64,000 bases of DNA from Thermodesulfobacteriota bacterium (GTDB taxonomy: Bacteria; Desulfobacterota; Desulfobacteria; Desulfobacterales; SURF-7), in NCBI GenBank assembly GCA_049320885.1, contig JBMORA010000009.1, forward strand, positions 128,001-192,000. The letters are read 5' to 3'. This document shows positions 53,839 to 64,000 of the stretch, piece after piece. The position numbers and the translations under genes were made by a program. Below the pieces are notes generated by a model. The model was not told the DNA's origin. It ran no database searches and saw only the letters and a program-made list of their open reading frames with translations. Every line of letters starts with the position of its first letter. Positions within the stretch are counted from its first letter, which is position 1.

Positions 53839-54594
53839 ATGGAAAGGGCTCGAAAATCGATCTGGATACTCCTGGCTGTCGCCATTTGCATGGCGGCATG
53901 CGCCACGAGTTCACAAGTGAGCACCAAAAAGCGGGCCGAGGCCAAACGGCGCCTTGGTATTGCCTATATGGCGGAGGGCAAGGACGCCGCCGCGTTCAAG
54001 GAACTGTCGGAAGCGCAGAAATTGAATCCGGATGATCCCAATGTATATTACGCCCTCGGCATTTTTTATTTTAATAAGGAGAAATACGACAAGGCCATCG
54101 AATCCTACAACAAATGCCTGGAGCTGGAGCCGAATTTCGCTCCCGTGCGCAACAATCTGGGACTCGCGTATCTGGCCAAGGGGGAATATGATACGGCCAT
54201 CGTCCATTTCAAAGAGCTGACCGAGAACTACATCTATGGCACCCCCCACTACCCCCTGTACGGCCTTGGCCGCGCCTATTATCTCAAAGAGGAGTATGTC
54301 GAGTCGGAGAAGTATTTTCAAAAGGCTCTGGACCTTGAACCGAAATACACACCCGCCATGCTGGGCCTTGGACGGATTTATATTCAAACCGGAAAACCGG
54401 AACAGGCCATCGCCGTTCTCCAGAAGGGCATCGAGATAGAACCCAAATACGCTGAATTGCATTTTGAATTGGCCAAGGCCCTGGCCCTGACGCATCAGAA
54501 AAAAAACGCCTTGCGGTCCCTGGAAAAAGTCATTGAACTCAAACCGGACAGCGCCATGGCCAAAGAAGCGAAAGAACTGTTGCGGAAACGATGA
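53839..54594 (+). CDS. TPR-repeat lipoprotein (PilF/PilW/Tgl-like)
   Basis: Lipobox MAAC; about 6 TPRs; the NNLG...Y.TP pattern seen in secretin pilotins. Confidence 0.8.
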   Translation: MERARKSIWILLAVAICMAACATSSQVSTKKRAEAKRRLGIAYMAEGKDAAAFKELSEAQKLNPDDPNVYYALGIFYFNKEKYDKAIESYNKCLELEPNFAPVRNNLGLAYLAKGEYDTAIVHFKELTENYIYGTPHYPLYGLGRAYYLKEEYVESEKYFQKALDLEPKYTPAMLGLGRIYIQTGKPEQAIAVLQKGIEIEPKYAELHFELAKALALTHQKKNALRSLEKVIELKPDSAMAKEAKELLRKR

Positions 54595-54649
54595 AAACAC
54601 CGCCTGCCATCACCCCAATGACGCGAAGGGACGGAAAATCCATACTTCC

Positions 54650-55465
54650 ATGAGTTATTTTCAGGCGATTTTTTTCGGTATCATCCAGGGCTTGACCGAA
54701 TTTTTACCGATTTCATCCACCGCGCATCTGCTGATCGGGCAACAGCTGCTTGGCCTGTCCTCCAGCCCGGCCATGTTCTCGTTTCTGGTCCTGGTGCAAC
54801 TGGGAACCCTGGTTTCGCTGTTTGTTTTTTATCGCCATGACCTATTGGCCATCATGACCGCCGCGCTGGATTTCCGCTCCTTTAAAAAGCAAGGGGGAAT
54901 GAGTCTGGAGGCAAAACTGGGCTGGTACATCCTTCTCGCGACGATTCCGGCCCTGCTGGCCGGGTACTGCCTGAAGGACGCCGTGGAAGCCATGTTTCAG
55001 GCTCCCATGGTGCAGGCGCCGGTTCGTCTTTTCGCCGCGGCGATTCTACTCACCCTGGCGGAATTGGTATCGAAAAAGAATCGTCAGCTGGTGTCCATGA
55101 CCTGGCGGGATGCGCTGATCATCGGGGTTTTTCAGGTGATCGCCGTGTTTCCGGGGGCCTCGCGCAGCGGGACGACCATCAGCGGCGGTTTGTTCTGCGG
55201 ATTCGACCGGCTGGCGGCTGCCCGGTTTGCCTTTCTGATGTCCGTTCCGGTGATGCTGGCGGCCGGCGTGTATGAGATGTTGGATGTTCTGCGAATGCCC
55301 GATATGATTGAATTGCTACCCACCATTGCCATCGGCTTCGTCGTTTCGGCGGTGGTCGGCTGGTTGGCCGTGAAATGGCTGATTCACTACCTGAGCGGGC
55401 ATTCATTATACCTGTTCGCCGGTTATTGCGCGGCGGCGGGCCTGCTGACGATCCTGCTCGCCTGA
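54650..55465 (+). CDS. uppP: Undecaprenyl-diphosphate phosphatase
   Basis: QGLTEFLPISSTAH, PGASRSGTTI, AARFAFL. Confidence 0.95.
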   Translation: MSYFQAIFFGIIQGLTEFLPISSTAHLLIGQQLLGLSSSPAMFSFLVLVQLGTLVSLFVFYRHDLLAIMTAALDFRSFKKQGGMSLEAKLGWYILLATIPALLAGYCLKDAVEAMFQAPMVQAPVRLFAAAILLTLAELVSKKNRQLVSMTWRDALIIGVFQVIAVFPGASRSGTTISGGLFCGFDRLAAARFAFLMSVPVMLAAGVYEMLDVLRMPDMIELLPTIAIGFVVSAVVGWLAVKWLIHYLSGHSLYLFAGYCAAAGLLTILLA

Positions 55466-55494
55466 GAAGATCCGATGAAGAGGGGAGGAAACCC

Positions 55495-56601
55495 ATGATG
55501 AAAATGGATGGTAAGGAACTTCGACCCATCTGGCTGAATGCGGATCAGGCAACCGTGAATATCATCGATCAGCGGTTATTGCCCCACGATTTCGTGATCG
55601 CTGAACTGAAAACGGTCGATCATGCCATTACGGCCATTGCCGATATGTTTGTCCGGGGAGCACCCCTGATCGGCGTAACCGGAGCGTACGGTATCTTTCT
55701 CGCCGCATGGAACGCGCCCCATGGCGCTCCATCGGATGAATATCTGCTGCGGGAAGCCGAACGGATCAAGGCCGCCCGGCCGACCGCCGTCAATCTAAGC
55801 TGGGCCGTGGAACGGTCATTGGCCGAGGTGTTACAGGCCCCGCCGGAGCATCGGATGGATGCGGCCCGAAAAGCGGCAGCCGAAATCGCCGCGGAAGAGG
55901 CGGATAATTGCCGCAGGATCGGCGAACACGGGTATATGCTGGTGGAAGCCATCCGCCGCAGGAAAAGCGACGCGCCGGTGAATATTCTGACCCATTGCAA
56001 CGCCGGCTGGCTGGCTTGCATCGAGTATGGCACGGCCACGGCCCCCATGTACATCGCCCATGAAAAAGGGGTCGATATTCATGTGTGGGTGGATGAGACC
56101 CGTCCCCTCAACCAGGGCGCCCGTCTTACGGCCTGGGAACTCGGCAGGCGCGGGATCCGACATACGGTGATCACGGACAACGCCGGCGGGCATTTGATGC
56201 AACACGGTATGGTGGACCTGGTCATTGTGGGGTCGGACAGGACTACCTACACCGGGGACGTGGCCAACAAGATCGGTACGTATTTAAAAGCCCTGGCAGC
56301 CAGGGACAATGGCGTCCCTTTTTATGTCGCCCTGCCTTCCAGTACCATCGACTGGACCATTTCGGATGGTATCCGGGATATCCCCATTGAAAACCGCAAC
56401 GGTGATGAGATCCGGTATGTTCAAGGACTGTCCCAGGGCCGGATTCAAAGCGTGCTGGTGACTCCGTCGGAAAGTCCGGCCATCAACCACGCGTTCGATG
56501 TCACGCCGGCAAGGCTGGTCACCGGCCTGATCACGGAAAGGGGGGTCTGCAAGGCTTCCATGGAAGGCATTCAGGGACTTTTCCCGGAAAGACGCCGGTG
56601 A
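55495..56601 (+). CDS. mtnA: S-methyl-5-thioribose-1-phosphate isomerase
   Basis: DQRLLP, VRGAP, RPTAVNL, THCNAG, DETRP.NQGARLT, ANKIGT, AFDVTP. Confidence 0.95.
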   Translation: MMKMDGKELRPIWLNADQATVNIIDQRLLPHDFVIAELKTVDHAITAIADMFVRGAPLIGVTGAYGIFLAAWNAPHGAPSDEYLLREAERIKAARPTAVNLSWAVERSLAEVLQAPPEHRMDAARKAAAEIAAEEADNCRRIGEHGYMLVEAIRRRKSDAPVNILTHCNAGWLACIEYGTATAPMYIAHEKGVDIHVWVDETRPLNQGARLTAWELGRRGIRHTVITDNAGGHLMQHGMVDLVIVGSDRTTYTGDVANKIGTYLKALAARDNGVPFYVALPSSTIDWTISDGIRDIPIENRNGDEIRYVQGLSQGRIQSVLVTPSESPAINHAFDVTPARLVTGLITERGVCKASMEGIQGLFPERRR

Positions 56602-56709
56602 CCTGTGTCGCCGGAAAAGGGATGTCAAAGGACCAGTGACGGAAACCAAATATCAGGAGGCCCGGCCCGTTGATGCGCCGCGGCCTGGGGAAGAGGATAT
56701 TTTAAGGGA

Positions 56710-57225
56710 ATGAATGACCACTCGGGCAATTCGTCAACGCCGGCGCCCCCGGTGCTGACCGAATTGGAAAAAAAAATTATTGCTTCCATTCAGGGAGATA
56801 TTCCGATTAGCCCGCGGCCGTACCTGGAAATCGCCGAAAAAATGGGCATCGATGAAGAGAGCCTGCTCGCGAATTTGAGGCGGCTTTCGGATGGGGGGTT
56901 CATCCGTCGTTTCGGCGCCACCCTGCGCCATCAGAAATCCGGATACAAAGCCAATGCCATGGTGGCCTGGCAGGTGGATGAAGACCGGGTGGAAGAGGTG
57001 GGTGTGATAATGGCTTCGTTTCGGCAGGTTTCACACTGCTACCGCAGGAATCCGACTGCCGGATGGCCTTACAATCTTTATACCATGGTGCATGCCAGCG
57101 ACCCGGAAGTCTGCCGGAAAATCGCCCGGAAGATAGCGGAAAAAACCAATGTCGACACCTATGCCCTGCTGTTCAGCCGCAAGGAACTGAAAAAGACGTC
57201 CATGGCGTATTTCACCGTTGACTGA
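56710..57225 (+). CDS. ahbB: Siroheme decarboxylase subunit (AhbB/NirH-like, Lrp/AsnC fold)
   Basis: QGDIP...RPY, IRRFGATLRH, NAMVAW, VSHCYRR, WPYNLYTMVH, ELKK.S. Confidence 0.82.
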   Translation: MNDHSGNSSTPAPPVLTELEKKIIASIQGDIPISPRPYLEIAEKMGIDEESLLANLRRLSDGGFIRRFGATLRHQKSGYKANAMVAWQVDEDRVEEVGVIMASFRQVSHCYRRNPTAGWPYNLYTMVHASDPEVCRKIARKIAEKTNVDTYALLFSRKELKKTSMAYFTVD

Positions 57226-58582
57226 TGCGCCGCAGCCCATGCTTCGAGACGTTCCCCATATATTGCTGGTGAATCCCTGGATTCATGATTTTGCCGCGTA
57301 CGACTTCTGGGCCAAACCCCTGGGACTCCTTCAGCTGGCGGCGATCCTGCGTCAGAGCGGGGTGGCGGTGACCTATATCGACTGTCTCGACAGGTTCCAC
57401 CCCCGGGCGCCCCAATCCGATCCCCTTGCCCGGAACGGCAGGGGGCCATACCTGAAAACCCGGATTGAAACACCTCCCGGACTTGTCGACGTCGCCCGGA
57501 ATTTTTCACGCTACGGCATACGGAAGGAATGGCTGGAAGAGGATCTATCCATCCTGCGGCCCCCGGACCTGATCCTGGTGACCTCCCTGATGACCTACTG
57601 GTATACCGGAGTTGCGGAGACCGTCCGGTTATTGAAGGGGGTTTTCCCGGAAACGCCGCTGATTCTGGGAGGAATCTATGCCAGTCTCTGCCGGGAGCAC
57701 GCGGCAACCGTCCCGGGCGTCGACCGGGTGGTTGCCGGACCGGGGGAGGAGGAGATTGCGGCGCTGGTTGCCGAGTTCACCGGATATCCGGTCAGTTCCG
57801 GATGGCAGACTGGGAATATGGATTCCCTGCCATACCCGGCGTTTGATCTGCAAACCAGAATCGGTTATGTTCCAGTGATCACCTCGAAAGGTTGCCCGTT
57901 CTCCTGCGCTTATTGTGCGTCGTCGTTTTTAAACCCCGTGCATGCGAGGCGGCAGCCGGAATCGGTTTTGATGGAGCTGATCCACTGGCATCGCAACCAC
58001 CGGGTGGATGATTTTGTTTTCTATGATGATGCGCTGCTGGTGGGTGCCGGGCGGCATATCGTGCCCCTGCTGGAAAGTGTTATCCGCTCTGACCTCCGGG
58101 TCCGCTTTCACACCCCGAATGCGCTGCATGTCCGCGAGATCAATGACGAAACGGCAGTTCTCATGCATCGTGCCGGCTTCAAGACCATCCGGTTGGGACT
58201 CGAATCCGCCGAATTTTCAAAACAGTGGGATTTGGATGAAAAACTCACCGAGGCAGAATTCCAGCGGGCCATCCGTTGCTTGAGGTCGGCCGGTTTCCGG
58301 AAGGAGCAGATCGGCGCCTATCTGCTGGCCGGATTGCCGGGGCAGCAGCTTGAGGCCGTTCTCCGGTCCATTCGGATTGTGGCGGACACAGGCGTCACGC
58401 CCATTATCGCTTATTACAGCCCCATACCCCACACCCCGTTATGGGACCGGGCGGTGGCATCGTCCCGTTATGATCTCGCGGCTGATCCGATTTTTACCAA
58501 TAACGCCATTTCCCCTTGCCAGGAAGAGCCGTTTTCCTGGTCCACGATTTCCAAATTGAAGCAATGGGCCGGGGGGAAATAG
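57218..58582 (+). CDS. Cobalamin-binding-domain radical SAM protein
   Basis: LLVNPWIHDFAAYD..AKPLGLL, LGGIYA, SKGCPFSCAYC, FYDD, RLGLE. Confidence 0.85.
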   Translation: MTDAPQPMLRDVPHILLVNPWIHDFAAYDFWAKPLGLLQLAAILRQSGVAVTYIDCLDRFHPRAPQSDPLARNGRGPYLKTRIETPPGLVDVARNFSRYGIRKEWLEEDLSILRPPDLILVTSLMTYWYTGVAETVRLLKGVFPETPLILGGIYASLCREHAATVPGVDRVVAGPGEEEIAALVAEFTGYPVSSGWQTGNMDSLPYPAFDLQTRIGYVPVITSKGCPFSCAYCASSFLNPVHARRQPESVLMELIHWHRNHRVDDFVFYDDALLVGAGRHIVPLLESVIRSDLRVRFHTPNALHVREINDETAVLMHRAGFKTIRLGLESAEFSKQWDLDEKLTEAEFQRAIRCLRSAGFRKEQIGAYLLAGLPGQQLEAVLRSIRIVADTGVTPIIAYYSPIPHTPLWDRAVASSRYDLAADPIFTNNAISPCQEEPFSWSTISKLKQWAGGK

Positions 58583-58605
58583 GGGCAACCAGGGAGGATG
58601 TTTGC

Positions 58606-59061
58606 ATGGCCATGGAGGAAGGAATCGTCGTCGCCGTCGAAAACAACAACGCCAAGGTTCGGACCAGGCAATCAGCGACCTGCGAAGCATGCGCCTCGCG
58701 ATCCTCCTGCAATGCCATGGGGGGGGGGAACGACATGGAAGTGGAGGCGCTCAATACTGTCGGTGCCCGGGTCGGGGATACGGTGATCCTGAAGATCGAA
58801 GCCGCTCCCTTGTTCAAGGTCACTTTCCTGCTGTATGTTTTTCCCGTTTTGTGCTTGTTCATGGGCGCCGTCATCGGCCAGGAACTGGCCCCGCTGTTGA
58901 GCTGGAACAACTCGCTGGTTTCAGCCGGCATGGGCTTTCTGTTTTTCATTATCGCCATGGTCTTTGTCCGGCGAATGGCGAACCGTCTGGCGGGCCGGGC
59001 GGAGTATAAACCAGTGATCCTCCGGATCAAACACAGCCTCGCCTGCAAGCCAATGGAATAG
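58606..59061 (+). CDS. RseC/MucC family membrane protein
   Basis: EEGIVV, CEACASRSSC, GARVGD.V, two TMs, C-terminal P.I; GGAGG SD. Confidence 0.85.
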   Translation: MAMEEGIVVAVENNNAKVRTRQSATCEACASRSSCNAMGGGNDMEVEALNTVGARVGDTVILKIEAAPLFKVTFLLYVFPVLCLFMGAVIGQELAPLLSWNNSLVSAGMGFLFFIIAMVFVRRMANRLAGRAEYKPVILRIKHSLACKPME

Positions 59062-59067
59062 AGACGC

Positions 59068-60123
59068 TTATTCCTCATATGGGAAACATCGTCCTTGGAA
59101 ATTCCGGACCGACCAGCGCCCGGGGGCTTCCTGTCGGGCGTATTCCGGCAGAATCGGCGTTTTCCCGCCGCCGCCGGGGAGATCGATCATGTAGTGGGGA
59201 ACGCAAAGACCGGAAACGTGTCCCCGCAAGGCTTGCATGATTTCCAGTCCCTTGGCAAGCGGCAGCCGGAAGTGCAGGGCCCCCCGCACCGGGTCCGGAT
59301 GATGCAGATAATAGGGCTTGACCCGGATCCGGACAAGCCCGCGCATGAGTTCGCGCATGATCCCCACCTCGTCGTTGACGCCTTTCAGCAGCACGCTCTG
59401 ACACCCCAGGGGAATTCCCGCCTCGGCCAGTCGCCCGCAGGCTCCGGCCGACAACTCCGTGATTTCATCCGGATGATTGAACTGGGTGATGATGTAGAGT
59501 GGATGATACCGCCGCAGCATTTCCAACAGATGGCTGGTAATGCGTTGCGGCAGAACGCAGGGCATGCGCGTATGGATGCGGATGATGTCGATATGGCGGG
59601 TCGCCCGCAGTTTCTTAAGGATTCCATCCAGTTCATCGTCCGGCAGCATCAGGGGATCCCCGCCGGAAAGAATGACTTCCCGGATCGTACGGGTAGCGGC
59701 TACATAGTCCAATCCCGCCTGGATCATTTCTCCCCGGATGGGCCTGTCCGAGCCGACTTTGCGTTTGCGCATGCAATGACGACAATACAATGCACAGCGA
59801 TTGGAAACGATCATCACCACCCGATCCGGATACCGATGAATCACCCCCGGCGCCCGGGACTGTTCTTCTTCCGCAAAGGGATCTTCCATTCCCCGATTGT
59901 CATCCAGTTCCCGGATGTCCGGCACTGCCTGGCGCCAGCAGGGATTACCGGCTTTTCGGATGAGTTCCCAGTAATAGGGGTTGATCCGCATGGGATAACG
60001 CCGGATTACCTTCCGGATGTCCTCCCGCGCAGCCGGCGGCAGGTCTGGCAGCTGTTCCGCCGATACCATACTGGCCGACACCAGTTCCCGCCAATCGGCC
60101 GATTCGATGCTTCCGTTCCCCAT
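59068..60123 (-). CDS. KamA-family radical SAM aminomutase (lysine 2,3-aminomutase/EpmB-like)
   Basis: HRYPDR, CALYCRHC, SGGDPL, RIHTR, QSVLLKGVND, PYYLH, PGGGGK (PLP Lys). Confidence 0.9.
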   Translation of the reverse strand: MGNGSIESADWRELVSASMVSAEQLPDLPPAAREDIRKVIRRYPMRINPYYWELIRKAGNPCWRQAVPDIRELDDNRGMEDPFAEEEQSRAPGVIHRYPDRVVMIVSNRCALYCRHCMRKRKVGSDRPIRGEMIQAGLDYVAATRTIREVILSGGDPLMLPDDELDGILKKLRATRHIDIIRIHTRMPCVLPQRITSHLLEMLRRYHPLYIITQFNHPDEITELSAGACGRLAEAGIPLGCQSVLLKGVNDEVGIMRELMRGLVRIRVKPYYLHHPDPVRGALHFRLPLAKGLEIMQALRGHVSGLCVPHYMIDLPGGGGKTPILPEYARQEAPGRWSVRNFQGRCFPYEE

Positions 60124-60219
60124 TTTCCTTCCTTCCCCCGAATACCAGCCGTAGGCCTTGATCCATATTCATCCAGGCGTTATGATAACGCAACTTTCCC
60201 TCTTTGAAAAGGACCAAGC

Positions 60220-60825
60220 ATGCCGTCATCCACCATGGTAAAAAACCGCTGCATATGGGCTGGAAACGATCCCCTGTATATCCGCTATCATGATCTGGAA
60301 TGGGGTGTCCCGCTGCATGACGATCGCAGATTGTTCGAATTTCTGGTTCTCGAGGGGGCCCAGGCCGGGCTGAGCTGGATAACCATATTGAAAAAACGCC
60401 CGCATTACCGGGCCGCTTTCTGTCATTTCGATCCGGAAAAAGTGGCGCGGTTCGGCAAGCAAAAGATCGCGCACCTCTTGACCGATCCGGGCTTGATTCG
60501 GAACCGCTTGAAGATCGAGGCGGCGGTGCGGAATGCCCGTGCATTTCTTGCAGTGGCGGACGAGTTCGGAAGTTTTGATCGGTATATCTGGCGCTTCGTG
60601 GACGGTGTTCCCATTCGGAATGAGTGGCGACGCCATGCGGACATCCCGACCAGGACCGAAGTCTCGGTTGCCATGAGCCATGATTTGAAAAAAAGAGGAT
60701 TTTCGTTTGTCGGCCCCACCATCTGTTATGCATTCATGCAGGCCGTGGGAATGGTGAACGATCATACGGTCGACTGCTTCCGTCACTCCCAGATTCCATC
60801 GCGGCGGGTCGCTGTATGCGGTTGA
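60220..60825 (+). CDS. tag: DNA-3-methyladenine glycosylase I
   Basis: RC.W, YHDLEWGVP, LEGAQAGLSW, IRNRLKI, FVGPT, DH..DC. Confidence 0.95.
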   Translation: MPSSTMVKNRCIWAGNDPLYIRYHDLEWGVPLHDDRRLFEFLVLEGAQAGLSWITILKKRPHYRAAFCHFDPEKVARFGKQKIAHLLTDPGLIRNRLKIEAAVRNARAFLAVADEFGSFDRYIWRFVDGVPIRNEWRRHADIPTRTEVSVAMSHDLKKRGFSFVGPTICYAFMQAVGMVNDHTVDCFRHSQIPSRRVAVCG

Positions 60826-60935
60826 CAATGCATTCCATGCCTGTTACAAAATTGTTATTTTTTGTCAGGACCGCATTTTTTCATGGGATACGACCCGGAT
60901 TTTTGGACATTCGCGGCGGCGGAAGGTAGCCTGTA

Positions 60936-62459
60936 ATGAAAAAAATAGAAGAGATCACCCTATTTTACGAGATCAGCGAAGCACTGAGCGAGCACCTTGA
61001 TCTGAAAAAATCCCTTTATAAAGTGCTGGACATTCTTTCCAGCGGTATGGATATGATTCGGGGCACCATCACCCTGCTGAATCCGCTGCGGAACGAGATC
61101 AATATAGAAGTAGCCCACGGTCTTTCCCAAAGCGCCATGGACCGGGGGAAATACAAACTGGGAGAAGGGGTTACCGGCCGGGTGATCCAGACGGGCAAAT
61201 CCATCTCGATCCCTAAAATCAGCGAAGAACCGCTTTTCCTGGATCGCACCGCCACCCGCAAGGGCTCACAGTTCAAGGAGGCGTCCTTTATTTGCGTTCC
61301 CATTAAAAAAGGAACAAAAGTAATCGGAGCCCTCAGCGTGGACAGGCTCTATGATGAGAATTTCCCCTTGAAAAAAGGAGAGAAAATATTGTCGGTCGTG
61401 GCCACCATGATCGAACGCCAGGTGATCAACCTGGAAACCATCAGCATGGAAAAGGAACAGCTGAAGGATGAAAACAAGCGCCTGAGAAATGAACTGGAAA
61501 AAAAATATCGTTTCAATAACATCATCGGCAACAGCAACAAGATGCGTGAAGTTTATCAAATGATTTCACAGGTTTCAAAGAGCAACGCCACGGTTTTGAT
61601 CCGGGGCGAGAGCGGCACCGGCAAGGAACTGGTGGCCAATTCCATTCACTACAACAGCCTTCGGACCAAATTCCCTTTTGTAAAAGTAAATTGCGCGGCG
61701 TTGCCCTCCAACCTGATTGAAAGCGAACTGTTCGGACATGAAAAAGGGGCTTTTACCGGCGCGGTGAAGCAAAAAATCGGAAAATTCGAACTGGCCAATA
61801 AGGGCACGATTTTTCTAGACGAAGCCGGTTCCATTGATTTGGACGTGCAGGTCAAACTGCTGCGGGTTCTCCAGGAACGGGAGTTCGAACGTGTTGGCGG
61901 CCATCATACCATTAAAGTGGATGTTCGGATCATTGCCGCGACCAACAAAAATCTGGAACAGGCGGTGGAAAATGAAACGTTTCGCGGCGATTTGTATTAC
62001 CGCTTGAATGTATTTCCGATTTACATGCCGCCGCTGCGGGAACGAAAAACCGATATCCTGCTTCTGGCCGATTATTTTCTGGAAAAATATTCAGTTGAAA
62101 ACGATAAGGAAATAAAGCGGTTGTCGACGCCGGCAATCGACATGATGATGGGATATCACTGGCCGGGCAATGTCCGGGAACTTGAAAATGTCATTGAACG
62201 CGCCGTGCTTCTTTGCGAGGAGGGGGTGATTCACAGCTACCATTTGCCGGCTACCCTGCAAACCGGCACGGAATCCAACACGCTTCCGGCCCTTTCTCTC
62301 GAAGCCGCCGTCGCCAGCCTGGAGAAGGAAATGATCATCGACGCCCTCAAGAATACCCGCGGAAACATATCGCTGGCGGCAAAAATGCTCGATACCACGG
62401 TCCGGAAATTTTCCTATAAAGCTCAAAAGTTCAATGTCAACTATCGGCATTATCGATAG
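60936..62459 (+). CDS. sigma54-dependent activator, NifA-like (GAF-AAA+-HTH)
   Basis: GAF ([15 protein letters not shown]), [32 protein letters not shown]-terminal HTH. Confidence 0.9.
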   Translation: MKKIEEITLFYEISEALSEHLDLKKSLYKVLDILSSGMDMIRGTITLLNPLRNEINIEVAHGLSQSAMDRGKYKLGEGVTGRVIQTGKSISIPKISEEPLFLDRTATRKGSQFKEASFICVPIKKGTKVIGALSVDRLYDENFPLKKGEKILSVVATMIERQVINLETISMEKEQLKDENKRLRNELEKKYRFNNIIGNSNKMREVYQMISQVSKSNATVLIRGESGTGKELVANSIHYNSLRTKFPFVKVNCAALPSNLIESELFGHEKGAFTGAVKQKIGKFELANKGTIFLDEAGSIDLDVQVKLLRVLQEREFERVGGHHTIKVDVRIIAATNKNLEQAVENETFRGDLYYRLNVFPIYMPPLRERKTDILLLADYFLEKYSVENDKEIKRLSTPAIDMMMGYHWPGNVRELENVIERAVLLCEEGVIHSYHLPATLQTGTESNTLPALSLEAAVASLEKEMIIDALKNTRGNISLAAKMLDTTVRKFSYKAQKFNVNYRHYR

Positions 62460-62480
62460 CCTTGTTCTTTCATTTTATTT

Positions 62481-62509
62481 TTGACATACCGCCGGATCTT
62501 TTTTATGCT
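62481..62509 (+). promoter_or_regulatory. Probable sigma70 promoter for the PilZ gene
   Basis: TTGACA-17 nt-TATGCT about 45 nt upstream of the ATG. Confidence 0.65.
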
Positions 62510-62555
62510 GAAAGCAGTTCATCAATAAGGGCCTGTTTGGGGAGACCGTGACGAT

Positions 62556-62942
62556 ATGGACAGCAAGAAACAATCACAGCAACCGGCGAAGCCGCAACTG
62601 GAATCCGCAAAGCAGGCCCATGGGCGGGTAGAAGCGGCGCTGGGGGAAAAGCGACGCGACATTCGCAAACCGTATTTCATGGCCGTGGATTATGCCACGG
62701 ACGATCGATTCTACCAGGAATTTATTTTCAACATCAGCGGGGGCGGCGTCTATATCGAAACTCGTCAGCCGCTTCCGGTGGGTCAGCCCATCTCGCTGAC
62801 ATTCACCCTGCCCGACCAGCACACCTATATCAAAACCAGCGGAAACGTTGTCCGAACGGACGGGAAGGGAATCGGTGTCGCCTTTCGAAACAAGGATTTG
62901 GACATCCGCAACCGCATCATTGAGGCCGTCGCCAACTTGTAG
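62556..62942 (+). CDS. PilZ domain protein (c-di-GMP receptor)
   Basis: RRDIR (RxxxR) and NISGGG (D/NxSxxG) motifs, GIGVAF. Confidence 0.88.
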   Translation: MDSKKQSQQPAKPQLESAKQAHGRVEAALGEKRRDIRKPYFMAVDYATDDRFYQEFIFNISGGGVYIETRQPLPVGQPISLTFTLPDQHTYIKTSGNVVRTDGKGIGVAFRNKDLDIRNRIIEAVANL

Positions 62943-62972
62943 GGAAACAGCCGGATTCCAATGTGAGGGGGG

Positions 62973-64000
62973 TTACAGAAGGTCGCTCGCCAGGTCGGCC
63001 AGTTCCGAGCGCTCCCCCCTTTCCAGGTTGACATGGGCATAAATCATCTGGCCCTGCATTTTTTCAATCAAATAGCTCAATCCGTTGGAGAGGCTGTCTA
63101 AATAGGGGTGGTCGATTTGAAAGATGTCCCCGGTGAAGACGATCTTGGTCCCTTCCCCGGCCCGGGTGATGATGGTCTTGACTTCATGCGGGGTGAGGTT
63201 CTGGGCTTCATCGACGATGAAGAAGATTTTTACCAGGCTGCGGCCTCGTATGTAGGACAAGGGGGAAATGATCAATTTCTCTTTTTCCAGAAAATCCTTG
63301 ATCTGGCGGTTCTGGGGGTTGGAATCCCCGAACTGGTTCTGGATGACCCCTAAATTGTCATACAACGGTTGCATATAGGGATCCAGTTTCGAATCAATAT
63401 CTCCGGGGAGAAAGCCGAGATCCTTGTTGCTGAGAGGGACCACCGGGCGGGCCAGAAAAATTTGGCGATACTGCTTTCGCGTTTCCAGGGCGCCGGCCAG
63501 GGCCAGGAGCGTTTTCCCCGTGCCTGATTTTCCGGAAATGCTTACCAGCCGGATATGGGGGCTCAACAGGGCATGCAACGCAAAGGTTTGCTCCGCATTT
63601 CGTGGAGTGATTCCGTATACGGAATTTTTTTCAACCCGGGCAATGCGGCGGCTCAACGGGTCAAAGACCCCCAGAACGGATTTCTTTATATTTTTCAGGA
63701 CGAAGTATTCATTGGCCACAAATTTTTCATGTTCCGGGACATCCTCCAGGGCCGCTTCATACGGTGGCTGATACATGGAATCGATGACCGTTTCCGGGAC
63801 ATTTTCCAACGTCCGGCATCCGGTGTATAACGCCGCTATGTCCTTGACATGATCCGTGGTGTAATCCTGAGCCGTCATGCCGACGGATTTGGCCTTCATT
63901 CGCAGGTTCACGTCCTTGGTTACCAGAATGACCTGCTCCCTGGGCCGTTCCTTGAACAGGTGGTAGGCGATATTTAAAATGTTATGGTCGTGTTTTTTTT
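62973..64000 (-). CDS. PhoH-family protein with PIN domain (5' end outside the window)
   Basis: [11 protein letters not shown] tail, [38 protein letters not shown]; the frame is open to the window edge. Confidence 0.92.
   Translation of the reverse strand, partial: KKHDHNILNIAYHLFKERPREQVILVTKDVNLRMKAKSVGMTAQDYTTDHVKDIAALYTGCRTLENVPETVIDSMYQPPYEAALEDVPEHEKFVANEYFVLKNIKKSVLGVFDPLSRRIARVEKNSVYGITPRNAEQTFALHALLSPHIRLVSISGKSGTGKTLLALAGALETRKQYRQIFLARPVVPLSNKDLGFLPGDIDSKLDPYMQPLYDNLGVIQNQFGDSNPQNRQIKDFLEKEKLIISPLSYIRGRSLVKIFFIVDEAQNLTPHEVKTIITRAGEGTKIVFTGDIFQIDHPYLDSLSNGLSYLIEKMQGQMIYAHVNLERGERSELADLASDLL

Overview
A 64-kb, GC-rich bacterial chromosome segment. The gene content and sequences suggest a sulfate-reducing Desulfobacterota, probably Desulfobacterales (inference only). 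The left part (0-19.7 kb) is mostly housekeeping: the 5' end of rsgA, tRNA-Asp/Val/Leu/Pro, tig-clpP-clpX-lon, an amidase, an AI-2E transporter, a poly-HAMP chemoreceptor, an MFS transporter, and hsp20-lon2-rlpA-gmhB-recD2. The middle (19.8-40.2 kb) looks accessory. It holds (i) a minus-strand specialised-lipid cluster resembling part of an aryl-polyene locus (thioesterase, fused FakA-FakB fatty-acid kinase, two TRL-like lipoproteins, GT2, LpxL-like acyltransferase, ACP, ketosynthase, PlsC-like acyltransferase, cobalamin-binding radical SAM), interrupted by a Phd/VapC toxin-antitoxin pair and preceded by a lipoprotein S8 protease; (ii) a hybrid sensor kinase; (iii) a Na+-pump decarboxylase operon with no carboxyltransferase, whose gamma subunit carries a large exported domain and a 45-bp internal duplication; (iv) two exported hypotheticals; and (v) two small gene relics not evident from the ORF track. 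The right part (40.2-64 kb) is conserved housekeeping: comM, lpxC, DUF4390-ntrY-ntrX-rsmD-coaD-LysR, pcm, ygfA, serS-thrC-TPR-uppP-mtnA-ahbB-radical SAM-rseC, a KamA-family enzyme, tag, a NifA-like regulator, PilZ and partial PhoH. I saw no CRISPR array, rRNA, integrase or transposase. All family calls come from motif recognition by eye; no database searches were run.
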